Part shown: positions 37,001-49,973 of the stretch, piece by piece
Layout: each line of letters begins with the position of its first letter
How positions within the stretch are numbered: position 1 is the first letter of the stretch
NCBI RefSeq assembly: GCF_009914755.1
Contig: NC_060935.1
Source of the DNA: the human T2T-CHM13v2.0 reference genome, Homo sapiens
Reading direction: 5' to 3' (one strand)
DNA: 64,000 bases
Position numbers and translations under genes: made by a program
The notes under the pieces: generated by a model
What the model was told of the DNA's origin: nothing
What the model saw: the letters and a program-made list of their open reading frames with translations, nothing else
Database searches by the model: none

Positions 37001-37839
37001 CTGATTGTGAGTAATGGATGCCGTTTGGATGGGAACTGTAGAGGATTTATCTTTAACGCCAGAGGGCTGGAGGTCAGAGCTGAAGCAGGTTGATTAAAAT
37101 CAGTTACTCAGGGGATTTGACTACACAACCCAAAACACAAGCTGGAGGAATCCAGCTTCTTCTCAGAACTGCCCCCAAATACTGAGGAAAGGTAGATTCG
37201 AGGTCTGCAATCCTCGCCTTGCTTCTCAACTCAGAGCTGTCATTGTCTCAAACACGCACTTGACACTAAACATACATTTTTCTCTGACATATTTGTATTG
37301 TTTTTTAAGCTGTATGACAAATAGTTATGCTGAGTGAGTTCCGGGCACCTAGCAGGCAGGCAGTAAATATTTGCTGTACATCGAAAGAATGCCGTTGGCT
37401 TGGCTGTCAGTATGGCTCCGATTCAGAACCATCCCATTGCTGGGTTCTTGAAGCTGGGAGGATTGCACGTTGAAGGGCTGGTCAAGCCCTGCCTGACCAG
37501 AAAGGTCTCTGTGAATACTTTGGTCATAGAGACCAGAAAGGTCTCTGTGAATACTGGAACATTCTCAGACATGCCGAGCAAAAGCTACCATCGCAGGCAA
37601 GAGGGACGGTGGGGGGAAGTGCAGCTGGGAGTTTTCATAGAGACGTGGTTCCTTTGTTCTGGTAGATTTCAGCCAGAAAGAACAGCAAATTTTTACTGTC
37701 TGCAAACCACTAAGGAGCTACTCCCCTCCCCCTTTACCTCCTTCCTTCCCAACCTGGGAATTCATTTGCTGCTTCTCTCTCCTCCTCCTCTGCCCTCGGG
37801 CAGTCCTCAGGGACAAAGCTCTTTGTTGTGAACACTCCG

Positions 37840-38720
37840 AGACAATACGGGATTGCACAGTCCCCAGGGCACAATCGGGGCTGTCCTCCATGGAGAGTGA
37901 TCGCCCGGGCAGAGACCCCCACCTGTTGATCTCCCCCTTCCCGGGGCGAGTGGCAACCTGCATTGTGCTGGGGACGCACGCGTTTCCACAGCAGGCTCAG
38001 CAGATGGTGCTGGTGAGCAAAGCCATTCCCGTCCCTCTCGCGCCCCTCCCCACCGCCAGAGCCTCGCTGGTCTAAAGCAAAAACAGATGTTTTCATCATT
38101 TCTGGATCTGGCATGTGACTCGCAGTTCAGCAATGCGCCGACATAACCCAGAGTTGTACGTCCCCATCATCCCCCGCAAAATAAAAATCCTGAACTTAAA
38201 CGAGCCTTCCTCCTAGGCGAGCCACTGACACATGATCTGTGTAATCCACCCGGCACGTGTTTAATCGGACTCCAACTGCAACTGCCTTTGTAGCCAGCCC
38301 CGGCTCTATAATTGGGAAGTTGTCTTTTTTTCAGCGAAGACACGGGACAGCCAGACTAGCTATCTTTACACCAAGGGCTGGGAAGAGGCGCTAGCCTTTT
38401 AAAATAGCCCTGGTCTGGCTGGCTGGCGAACCTGTCTGCGTGGGAGCCGGTGAGCGGGGCCAGAGCAAAACAGGAAGGCCGCGGCGGCGCACCCTGTTCC
38501 CGGCGCCCTCGGCAGGTGGCAGCATTGGCCCGAGCTGGCCTCTGCCGCTGGCCAGCCCCAAAGCAGGGCCCTTTTACTTTCGGTGGCCTCAAAATTATTA
38601 GTTCCAGATGAGTTCTTGCAATTGTAATATTTGGTTTAACCCAATCTGCCCGACTGCGTCAGCGCACGTTCAAATACAGCCGTCTGAAGTCTAACCAGAC
38701 ATCAGAGGCATGTTTCGGGG
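37840..38720. promoter_or_regulatory. CpG-enriched unique segment (orphan CpG-island-like) with CTCF-like motif at 38506-38524
   Basis: Visibly higher CpG density than flanks (GGCCGCGGCGGCGC, CCCGGCGCCCTCGG); CCCTCGGCAGGTGGCAGCA resembles the CTCF core. Confidence 0.6.
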
Positions 38721-40598
38721 GTGTCAACATTCCTTACCCTTTGAAAGAATTAAAGCAAAACAAAACAAAACAAAAAAAAGGAGGCTGATTTATCCCAAAA
38801 CGAAAGAAGGGTGAACAGGCGTGGGGCTAGGGTGCCTGAGAGGGAGCGAGCAGTGGACATTCAGGGAAGGCGTAACAATGGAACTTTGTCCAGGAGGCCC
38901 GCTAGAGTGGAACTGGATTTATTTGTTGAACTAGAAAGGGACCTCTAGGTTCTTTGAAGGTTAGAGCAAATAAGCAAAACTGGCGTGCATTTGGTTTACC
39001 AACAGCAGAGTCCTTCAAGTCACGTAGGCTGCTATTGTCAGACACAAAACGCGTTGTTTCTGGGGCTGGGCCTCTGCTTAACACTTGGCTTGGTGTCCCA
39101 GGAAGGGGGCAGTGGAGGAGGGGGCTCCCCATCTTAGCACACAGCTTTTAGGGGCACTCTGAATGTCTGCCAAGGATGTAGACTGGGTTTCCTAAGGACA
39201 GCAGCCTAGGCCGCAGAGGACTCGTTTAGAAGACAGGAGCCCTCCTGCAGGCCCTCTGGCGAGTGGACTGGCTGGAGTCGTCAAGTGTCTTGTAAACGGC
39301 CCTGCTGTGGTTTTACTGCAACACCGTGGAGCTGGACACGGGGGAGACTAGGGACCCATCCCGGTGGTCTCAGGGTATTACAGATGCATGAGCTGAGGCT
39401 AAAAGACTCCCTCTGACCCCCAGGGCAGAGCAGCAAAATGTGCAAAGGGAGCCCAGAAATCCTGCTCCAACCACCAGCCAGGAAAGGGTGTCTCTTCCCT
39501 TAGCAGAGATGGAATAACCTGGCCTTGAAAAGACAGCCTCTGTCAAGCAGTCCCCCACACCCCTTCCCCCTGCCTGCACCTCACTTTTAAATCTGTGCTC
39601 AAATTCTTCAGTAAGATTCCTGCTAGTCGACTACAGGGAGCCTGACCGTTTCCCTGCAGGTCTCTGGCTCAACATGGTACTGATCAAAAGCTGGCACCAG
39701 TCTGGCAGATGCTTTAAGTCCTGCATGTCGGGAGCTAGCGGCTGGTGCTGGCATCAGCCAGCCAGGCAGACAGAGTGGCCATCTTGTTAGATGTGGTTGG
39801 GGCCTCGCTCATCACTTACCTGCTGCAGGGGCCACCCCACTGTGTGGAGGAGGCGTAGGAAAGATGGTGGGACCTCCACACATCTGTTCCAATACCTCCA
39901 GAGTGTTTAGGGACCCAGACTTCCTGCTATCCTCCTTTCAGTCTGAAAACTACATGTGTCCCTGCAGATTGTTGGGAAAGTGCTGATTGTCTTGGCGGGA
40001 GCCTCACCCTGATCCTAGAGGGGACTTGGCCTTGGAGGGAAATAGGCAAATTAGGCATTCAGGTGAGTACAATGGTTCGAGGCCTGTGTGCGTAGAATGG
40101 CTAAGGAATTCCAGTATTCCTTTCCATTGCTTCATTTACTTTATTCCCTTCTGAGAATCAGTTTTTGGACATGCTATAATCCAGAAATTCTCAGTCTTGC
40201 GTACTTAAGAATTGCCTGGACCCTACCCCCAGAGCTGCTGAAATCACAATGAAAAGGGGTTGGGGATAGGGGTCATGATTTTACTCCCTGCCCAGGTGGT
40301 TGTAATGTACAGCTAGAAGCTAAAAAACAAAATTTAAAAATCACTGCATTTCTAACCCAAATTCCCTTGATTTACAGATGAGGTTCCTAAGAGTTAAGCG
40401 GCTCAGCCAAGGTCACACAAATTCAAGTCCAAGTATGGAATTTCTGTATAAGACCTCCTTGCTCCTCAGCAATGATTGAGGCTTTTCCTCAATCTTTGAA
40501 CCCATTAATGACAGAGCCAGTCACTTCTTTTCCCTGTTTAATGAAACCCTCTATCAGCCACAACGTGTGTTGCTGTTGCCTATAAGAAATTCCTCTTA

Positions 40599-40664
40599 CA
40601 GTCGGCTCTCTGTATCCATGGGTCCTTCATCCATGGATTCAATTGGCCTCAGATACAAAATATT

Positions 40665-40695
<31 letters not shown>

Positions 40696-40974
40696 TATGT
40701 ATGTATATATGGATGGCTGTGTCTGTACTGAACATGTAGACTTTGTTTCTTGTCATTATTCTCTAAACAATACAGTATATCAACTATTCACATAGCATTT
40801 ACATTGTATTAGGTATTATAAGTAATCTAGAGATGATTTAAAGTATGTAGAAGGATGTGTGTAGGTTTTATGCAAATCCTACACCATTTCATCTAAAGAG
40901 ACTTTAGCATCCATGAATTTTGGTATCTGCGAGGGTCCTGGAACCAATTCCCCACAAATACCGAGAGAGAACAG
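40599..40974. mobile_element. MER2 (TcMar-Tigger) DNA transposon with internal A/(TA)n microsatellite
   Basis: TA flanks, CAGTCGGCTCTCTGTATCCATGGG start, GTATTAGGTATTATAAGTAATCTAGAGATGATTTAAAGTAT core. Confidence 0.9.
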
Positions 40975-42089
40975 TACTTACTGGGGAATTTTCAACTTTG
41001 TAGCTTTAAATAAAGGCTTATACTGAGACCTTTAGAAATGAAAATCTAACCCCCGCCAACCCTGATTTCCCTTATTTATCACTTATGTTCCCAAAAGGGA
41101 TTCATACCTGCAGATGGCCATCATGGTGATAACTGCTTTGCAATGATTTGTTTTTAGGGATGAGGCTCCTGGGCCCTAGAAAAGTTTAGTGCCGTGTTTG
41201 GGCCAAAGTAGATGGCAGAGGCAAAGTGAACATGGAGGCACCCACTTCCCAGCCCTTGGTGACATCACTGCTTTAATCTCACCTCTCTTCCCCTGGGGCT
41301 GCTCAAGGTGCTGTTTTCTTGTTAGTCGTCACCTGCTGGAGGTAACAAACACCCTCAGAAATACGTCTGTCCTCTGTGGGCAAGGAAGCAGTCACTGGCT
41401 TAACCCTATGTTTCTGAGAATTGGTTTGACTTGAATATTTTGAGATCTTTGATGCTTGAAGGTTGAGGAAGTTACCATATTACCATAACTCATTGGGAAC
41501 AAGGGAGAAAAAGAGCCCAGACATTGTGGTCACCAGGTAAAGTGGAAAGGAAGCTGGACAGGGAGTCAGGCAACGGTGTCCTGTGTGACCTTGGACAAGC
41601 CATTGTATCACTATGGGCCCAAGTTTTTTCCTCTGGAAAAAAGCCAGGAAGTTGGACATGATCTCTGAGGTCTCTCCCAGCTCTGACATTCCATGGGAGA
41701 ACGAGTTCCTCATCTCTGGGACCTTCCTTTTGTCGGTCAGATGTGAGGCTCTGGATTCTCTTCTCTCTCTAAGTCAATTACTCTTGAGGCATTTCCCCAG
41801 TGACCTTAGGACTAACTCATGATTTTTAAACATGGAGGTCAGAACATGAGCAGCCACACAAAAACAACGACTTGGTTCCCTACCCAGTGCCTGGTGACTT
41901 CACAAAGGACACTTAATGTAAGTCCCTTCTCTAGAATTCTTTCTTTTCTTAGAGGAACTGCCCAGGGATCTTGCATCATTGGGGCTTGTTTGTCCATCCA
42001 CCCATTTATTCCATCTTATAAACATTTGTTAAGTACCAACTCTGCTTAAAAAAAAGGATGGGGAAGAATGTTTATTTCTAGGAATGACT

Positions 42090-42465
42090 CTTCTAGATTA
42101 AGAGGCTACAGAGGCATTATAACTAAATACAGTATGTGACCTTGATTGGATCCTAGATCCAAGAAGAAGAAAAAAGCCAGAGAAGACATTTTTGAGAGAC
42201 CTGTGGAAATCTGAATATAGATCTCGTAATGGGATTATTGACACATTTTTTAGATTTGATAATAGCATTGTGGTTTTACATGAGACATTTTACATGCTGA
42301 AGTACTTAAGGATCAGTGTCATGATGTTTGCAACGTTCCTTCAAATGATTCAGAAAAAAAAGCAAATGTACCAGATGCTGATGATTGATGAATCAAGGAT
42401 GGGGAGTATCAAGTGCTCATTGACTAACTCAACTTTTCTGGAGATGAGTTTTCGAAATAAAAAGT
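42090..42465 (+). mobile_element. Old L1 (L1ME/L1MC-like) 3'UTR fragment
   Basis: CCTTGATTGGATCCT, GGAAATCTGAATATAGA, TGATAATAGCATTGTGG, CAAATGATTCAG, AAATAAAAAG end. Confidence 0.65.
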
Positions 42466-43265
42466 CATGACCAAAAGGGAGTGCCCCTGTCCACAGGGGG
42501 CTTCCATTTCCCATTTATTTACCCTTTGCTGCTTATCAAAGGCAAACAGACATGTGAATCACTATATTTAATCCAAGGCAGAATAGAATACATGGCCAGA
42601 GGAGGTATAAGTGGTAGATCTTGGAAGACCAAAATGGAGAGTTGTTAATTTTTCCTAGGGCTTTGATGGGGGTAAGGGAAGGCTTCTTAATGGGGCAGTA
42701 TTTGAATTAGGTATAGAAAGGTGTGTACAGTTTCAACAGGAAAAGGGCAAGGTTCGGGGGGGGGGTGATTTTAGGCTGAGGGGACAATGGAAGCAAAGTT
42801 ACAGAGCCTGAAGTTGTTTAGGGCACAGAGATTACTCTATGTGACTGGAAGGTAGTAGGTATGGGGAGGGATGTAACGGGGTATAAATATTGCTTGGTGT
42901 CTGACAATGGGTGCCTCAAAAGCTATACAAGCAATTAAAACTCTGACCTCAAGAAGAGATAAACCAAACATGTATTTCATGCTGCACCCACAAGTAGCTG
43001 CAGTATAACCATCAACACTTGGTTGTCTAACTAATGAATTTTCTGTGGCAAACTCCTGCCCATTCTTCAAAACTAGCACATAAGATTCCTCTCTAAAGTT
43101 TTACCCAACCTCTGCAGATAGAACTAGTCACTCTGGCCTTTTCTCTTTCTGTTTCTGAAGTCCATTCACACTCATCGCGATGTCACCAGGAGCAGGTAAG
43201 GTCAGTCTTGACAAGAGCCAGTTCTGCCTGCTTTCTCTAGAATGCACTCACTGGTTCTTATTCTT

Positions 43266-43578
43266 TTTTTTTTTTTTTTTTTTTTGAGATGGAGTCTTGC
43301 TCTGTCACCCAGGCTGGAGTGCAGTGGCATGATCTTGGCATCACTGCAACCTCCGCTTCCTGGGTTCAAGTGATTCTCCTGTCTCAGCCTCCCAAGTAGC
43401 TGGCATTATAGGCGTCCATCACCTTGCCTTTTGTGTGTGTGTGTGTATGTGTATTTTTAGTAGAAATGGGGTTTCACCCTGTTGGCCAGGCTGGTCTCGA
43501 ACTCCTGACCTCAAGTGATCCGCCCACCTCGGCCTCCCAAAGTTCTGGGATTACAGCCGTGAGCCACCGCGCCTGGCC
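43266..43578 (-). mobile_element. Alu (AluS-like) with (TG)n in the central linker
   Basis: Full dimer; TSD CACTG(G/C)TTCTTATTCTT. Confidence 0.95.
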
Positions 43579-46500
43579 CACTGCTTCTTATTCTTATCCT
43601 TTTTGGATCACCAGTCCTTTGGCTCCACAACTCAGCTCCGCACACTTACTTGCTTCAGTGTCTGCTTGCTGGGATAACCAGCCAGTGGTCACATGGTTTT
43701 TTGATATCTTCATGTTACCTTGGTTTGCCAGCTCCATGGATCGAGAGCTTGCAGGAAAGAGGCCTGGCTGCTGCCCAGCTTATGCCAGGGCCCCACATCA
43801 GCTGGGTTGTCAGTGGGACTTCACCAGCATGGAAATAAGAGCATTTCTTCCTCCATGTTCTCAGGGAAATTTTGTATACCTTTATTGCTACAGTCCCTAT
43901 CATCTTGTATTGTGATTTTTTTTTTTTTTTGCCTGTTTTCTCTGCTATACCATGAGTCCTTAAAGGACAATCTTATATCTTAGTCAGCTTTGAATCACCA
44001 GAACTTAGCATACTTCCTGATACTTAGCAGGTGCTCAATAAATGCTTATTGCAAGAATGAGTGGATAAATGAATGGATGGAAGGAGACGTATCTTTTCAT
44101 TGACATCCATTTAGATTCCTACATCATTTGTCCTTTATCTGAATGCATAATTAAGAATTGATTATGTGTTTAGAAACCGACAGCCATAAATAGGTCACGG
44201 AGAGTCTCCCTTATTGAAGTTTCATTTCTGTGTGCACTTGTATTAATGCATTAAGTATGGCTCCCTAAGACAGTGAGAGCCTCTAGTGGTGTTCCTCTGG
44301 GAAGCTGTTTTTCCAATGCATGTAGAAGAGATGAACTCTGCTGTGGAAATCACACAGGATTGCAAAATGTATCAACACAGAGCTTGGGAAAAGAGTTGAG
44401 TCATAAATTATAGTAACAAGACTTTGCTCCTCTATGTGGCCCTTTTCACCAGCAATTCCACCCAAAATGTAGCAAAGACTAATTAAATTAAAGACTGCTA
44501 GCGTCACATTCCTGCTCAATCTGTATGGAAAAACTTTGTCATCACATCCGCAAGAGTATGGCCGTTTCACCTCTGTTTGACACACCAGTAAATTGTGTGC
44601 TGAGAGACAAAGGCACCAACTTCAGAGCACAAAGCAGTTTCCATGAAGAGCTCAGGCCAGGAACCAAGGGATCTGTTCTGATCACTAAATAACCATCCTT
44701 TGTCCATGTAACAGATGGTGAGTAATTGTGTTGGCTTGTGTAATTTGTCCTGGCAGTGTTTCCTTAATGACTGTTTTCAAAATATTCTCTCTGTCCCTGC
44801 CCCTCACCCCCAGGCCCCTATCTGTAAAGGATAAGAAACAAGTTTCCAGTTGATTTCATGATTCAGAACCAAGCTGACCATGTTTATGTGGTTCTTATAG
44901 AAAAATAAAAGTTTCATACTGGATCCAACAATAGCTTAAATCCCATGCAGGACAACTGACAATGGCTTGGGTGATTGATTCCACTGCCCGGGAATGGATA
45001 CCTGGAAAGCTGATTGGGCTTAGGGACTGGACGTTGTGATAGAGAGGTCTTGTCATCTCTTGATTCCACCTTCTCAAACTAGGAGCACCGGGATTCTCTC
45101 TCTACTAATGATGAAACCTGTGACCAAGGAATCACCTACCACACTCTCTGCTGAGCAGTATTCATGGGGCTATTTTGATTCAGCTAGGCTCAGTGAAATT
45201 CAGTGATTATTTGTTGTTGAGGCGCTCTCAGGAATAAGATGTCACACCAGGTGCTGTAGGGCCGTCATATTATGAACTAGACATTGATCCTTTCCTCAAG
45301 GCTGTCTAGATCTATAGCCATCTCTACCCCAACTTCTTGTAGGACCACAGAACTGATTTCCTCTTTCAGATTTTGTTAGATAAATTGGGTGTAGAGGAAG
45401 GAGACCCCAGGAAATAGGAATATGAGTGGTGATTATATTCAGTTGAGAATCTTGAATAAAAGCTGGTATGCAAAAGAATAGTCCAGCTCTGAATTCAATT
45501 TTTCAAAGCTCATTCCCTTAGAAATATTATTTCTAAATATGATTATTTCTAAATTCCCTGGCTTCAGACACAGTCACCCTCTGCCTGCCATTCAGAGGAC
45601 TGGTGATAAGAGTGCTACAAATGGTACTTCCATTATTTTGGGACGTTCCTCTTCACTTGACTTTGGTGGGGAATCCACAGCCATCAGAACAGAGAGTTGG
45701 AACTGGGGGCACTGGATGAAGACCCGTTGATAGAGAGACAGATGTTGACAATCAGGGTTTTCAGAGAGGCTAAAAGAAAATGTTAGCAGTCTTTATATAG
45801 TGGAGTTCAGGCACCCCTATTTAAAAGGGAGTGATAAGTTTGAAATTAATTTACATGCGCCTGTAAAACACTCAAAAATACATCGTACAATTAAGCACCC
45901 AATGCCCCAGTGCCCTCTGTAAGTACCTGGATACCCCAGTGTCCTCTGAAGAGTGTGATCCAACCCATTTTCCATCTTCCAGCATGAAAACAGGAAAATA
46001 AAGGAGGCTGCCCACCACCTTTCAGAGTCAATGTATTTTGAACATTGTCAAATGATCCTCCTGCCAACTCAGCCACAGGAAAATATTGCTTGAGAGTTGC
46101 TTCCACTGCCCATCACCTCCTAACCTTGGCTCCAGCAAGCCCTCTCCACACCCTCTGTTCTAGCCATGCTGAGTTGCCTTATTTAACAAGCCTACCTTGT
46201 CCCATTCTATCCTGTACTCCCTTCCTGTTCATGCCATTCCTTGTGTTGTTGGCTGATTTTCCTTCTACGTTTTGTGTAAATCTTTGTATTTTCCATGACA
46301 ACCAGCACAGGTCACTGCACATGGTATATGTTCAATAAACGTTTATTGGATGAATGATTAATTTTCTTCTCCATATTATATTCAAAAAGAATTAATTAAA
46401 GGATTAGCTGTATGAGGCACAGTGCCAGGTGCTCTGTTGAGATAAATACACGAAGGGTCCCTGTCCCTAAGTAGCTTAACATCTAAAACTGCTAAACAGA

Positions 46501-46759
46501 TATAAACACTCATCTGTAGCAGCCAGTGTGACCTGGGTTCTTAACCTGAAATCTACTGACAAGCCTCTCCCCCAGCAGTGTGTGAATGAGTCTATGAAAC
46601 CTCTGAAATGATATGGAAAATGTTGCATATATGCATATTTTGGGGATAAGGTCCACAACTGCTGTGAGAGTTAGGGCATAAGAGATGGTGAGAAGTAGCA
46701 GATGCTGGATTTTGTTTTGGACTTATTGATTTATTGATTGATTTTCTTTATCTTGGATT

Positions 46760-47190
46760 TTCTCTTTGAGTGATTGGATGGGTGTCCTGCCATGTACTGA
46801 GGGAGTGAGGATTTGCTGGTGGATGTGGGAGCAGACCTGAAGAAGAGGAAAGTCAACATGTAAACAGTAAATAAGCTTGAGATGTCTATTAGGTATCCAA
46901 ACATAGATGTCAGAGAGAAGTTGGATGTAGGGAACTGAGCTCAGAAGAGAACTGGGCTGGAACTATAAATTTGAAAATTGTCAGCACATAGATGGTCCTT
47001 AAAGTCACTGTGTTGGATGTCACTCAGGGGAAGAGAGGACCAGGGAATAAGCCACAGGACTTTCTGAGACATGAAGGAACAAGATCCAGCAAAGCAGGCT
47101 GAGACGGAGGCGTCACTAAGTTAGGAGGAAAACCAGGTGACTGTGCTATCCTTGAAGCCCAGAGCAGACAGTGTTAAGGGAGCACTGGTC
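46760..47190 (-). mobile_element. L2 LINE fragment
   Basis: TTGAGATGTCTATTAGGTATCCAA...GATGTCAG...TTGGAT...GAGCTCAG...GGGCTGGA...AATTTG L2 motifs. Confidence 0.7.
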
Positions 47191-48553
47191 AGCCATGTAA
47201 AGTTTCACTCCTAGAAACGATGTCACCTTCATGCACATATTTACTTGTCTGTCTCACTGACTAGACCCATTTTCCAAGTCCAGCTCAAGTTCAGACTGTA
47301 CAGGAATCACATTTATCTTAGAATCGGCAGGGCACAGCACAAAGCCGGGCACATAATTGGTGCTTGCTCATTGTCTAATGAATTGAAAGAAGGAAAGAAA
47401 AAGAAAGAAAGAAAGAAAGAAGGAAGGAAGGAAGGAAGGAATCTCAAAGGCCAAGCAGGAGAATAAAATACCCTTAAAGCTGAGGCTTCGGGGGCTGAGA
47501 TAGCATTGTTTTAGCATGCTTTCGGAACAGTGTAGGAGCTGGTATGGTATAATGTGTCTCCATGTAGCAGGAGGCAGGACAGTCGCACTGCTGTGTCAAA
47601 GAGCTGGAGCCCTTGGTAGGACACGTACCCAACAATGTCATTTGTGCACAAGGCAACTTGGCTGGGGAGCAACTGCACTTCCACCTCCACCATCTGCTTA
47701 GTTAATTCCCAGCCCGCTGGCTCCAGTGTCTCTTACCTCTTAATTACCAGCCTTGGCTCCCACCTGGCTCAAGAGACCAGCTTTGCTTCCCTGTTGCATT
47801 TTAAGCAGTGACCTGACAAAGCCTATCTTTCCTGGCTGAGATTTCCTTTGGTCGCCTTCAGCCAGCCCTTTCCTTTTGGGATATCCTGCCTTACCCATGT
47901 AGTGGTTCAGAGCAGCCTGACATCCAGGTGGCCCTGGCAGCTCTGAGCTAGTTCTGTCCACTCAGGGGCAATGCCCCACAGGGCAAACTGGCATTTAGAG
48001 CCTTTGAGAGTAACTGGCACAGGATAAAACCAATTAAGAGGGCAGTTCAGAGATGCTGGGACCCGTGGCATAGTCTATCATTGGTGGACTTTCCAAGTCA
48101 GGGTGACGGTAATTACCTGAATCCCTGGATGCTCTCTTTGTACAATGTTCTGACATCCTGGAAAAGAGCCTACCTCAGTCAGTTCATCTCAGCCCAGATA
48201 GTGCCTATTCTTGAACTCTCCCTGCTCTAAAAGAATTTCAGTGTTTTTCCTTTTTGAGGGTGGGTGACCTTGGATTGACGGCATCTTGGTTCAGAGCATG
48301 ACCTCAGAATGGAGAGCTTTCTCCAGCTGAACTGACGAAATTTGCCTCCTCTTAACCCTCTTAGCTTTTTTCTTAAACTCCAGTCAGTAGAGAAACTCCA
48401 AAATTTACCCTTCTTCTGAATTGAGTTGCTTTTATTCTATAGATATTTTAATCTTTCCCTCTGTGTCAACTTTGATGACCCTGACAGTGAAGGTGAGCAT
48501 GATACCGAGATTTCTGAGTGTCGTCTTCTCATCAGGTGCTCAGATAAGAGCTC

Positions 48554-49617
48554 CTATGCTAGGTCCTTTGGACAACAGAGAAAACCAATGAAGGGTGTGC
48601 ATTCTAGGTAAATAGTCAAAATAAGATGCTTGAAGGTGGATTGGATTATATAAACTATCTCATATGCCCCAGATGCTTGTGACAGCCACCAACAGGTAAG
48701 TGCATGTGAGCATTCTAGGGGACAGGGGATTTTATTTAAAAGCCCAAAGGAAAATGTTCATGTCTTTTTATTTCCAAGAACTTCCCATTGTATCTTATTT
48801 AATCTTTACTAGAATAATCCTACAGGGAAAGGAAGGAGAGTGGAATAGCTTGCTCCTCCTCACCTTTTACCTTTTTATAGATGGCAACTGAGATGTAGAA
48901 GGAATGAGCTATCCATTAGGTAGATCTGGGACTTGAACCTGGGTCTTCAGATTCCCACCACAGGGAGAAGTTCTTTGAGGGTGGGAGGCATCATATGTAT
49001 TACCTGGCTCATCCATCTTGGATGAAGATGGTAGAAAGCTGCACTGTGAACAGGGCTTCAACTCGATATCCACCCATCTGGTGGATATCAGAATCTCCAG
49101 AGTGGGCAAAGGAGGAAAAAAAAAATCTAGTGTTTTTCAGAAAAATATATTCATTATACATTCCTGCTTAGAAAATGAATGTTTATAATATAAACTATCT
49201 AGCAAAATTCTAGCAAAATCTTGACTAATATGGTATGGGTAAAAAAAAATACTGAAAACCAGTTTGATCTTTTTTGTCCTCTATGTCCACCAAAGAGTTG
49301 TCGTCTCTGGAGCTGGAACAGCTACCTCACTGCATGGCCATCATCCCACTATACCCTGATAGAGTGTGGAGCCAGAAGTAGCTCCAGAGGAATCAGCTAT
49401 CATCAGAGCCTTTACTACCAATTTGTAGTCTCAGTTGGAGTTGACTTCTGGTGAACTGGTGGACTGAGGCTGACCCATTAATCAACAGGTCTTACTAAGC
49501 ACATGTCCAGTACTATGCTAGGTGCTTTGGACAACAGAGAAAACCCACGAAGGGTGTGCATTCTAGGTAAGGAGTCAAAACAAAATGCTTAAAGTTGGAC
49601 TGAACTACCTAAACGAT
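48554..49617. repeat. Dispersed direct repeat, 2 x ~105 bp (48554-48658 and 49513-49617)
   Basis: Ungapped manual alignment at offset 959, about 90/105 identical. Confidence 0.92.
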
Positions 49618-49647
49618 TAGACAGGTTCATAAAAAAGAGTAATTCTG

Positions 49648-49973
<326 letters not shown>

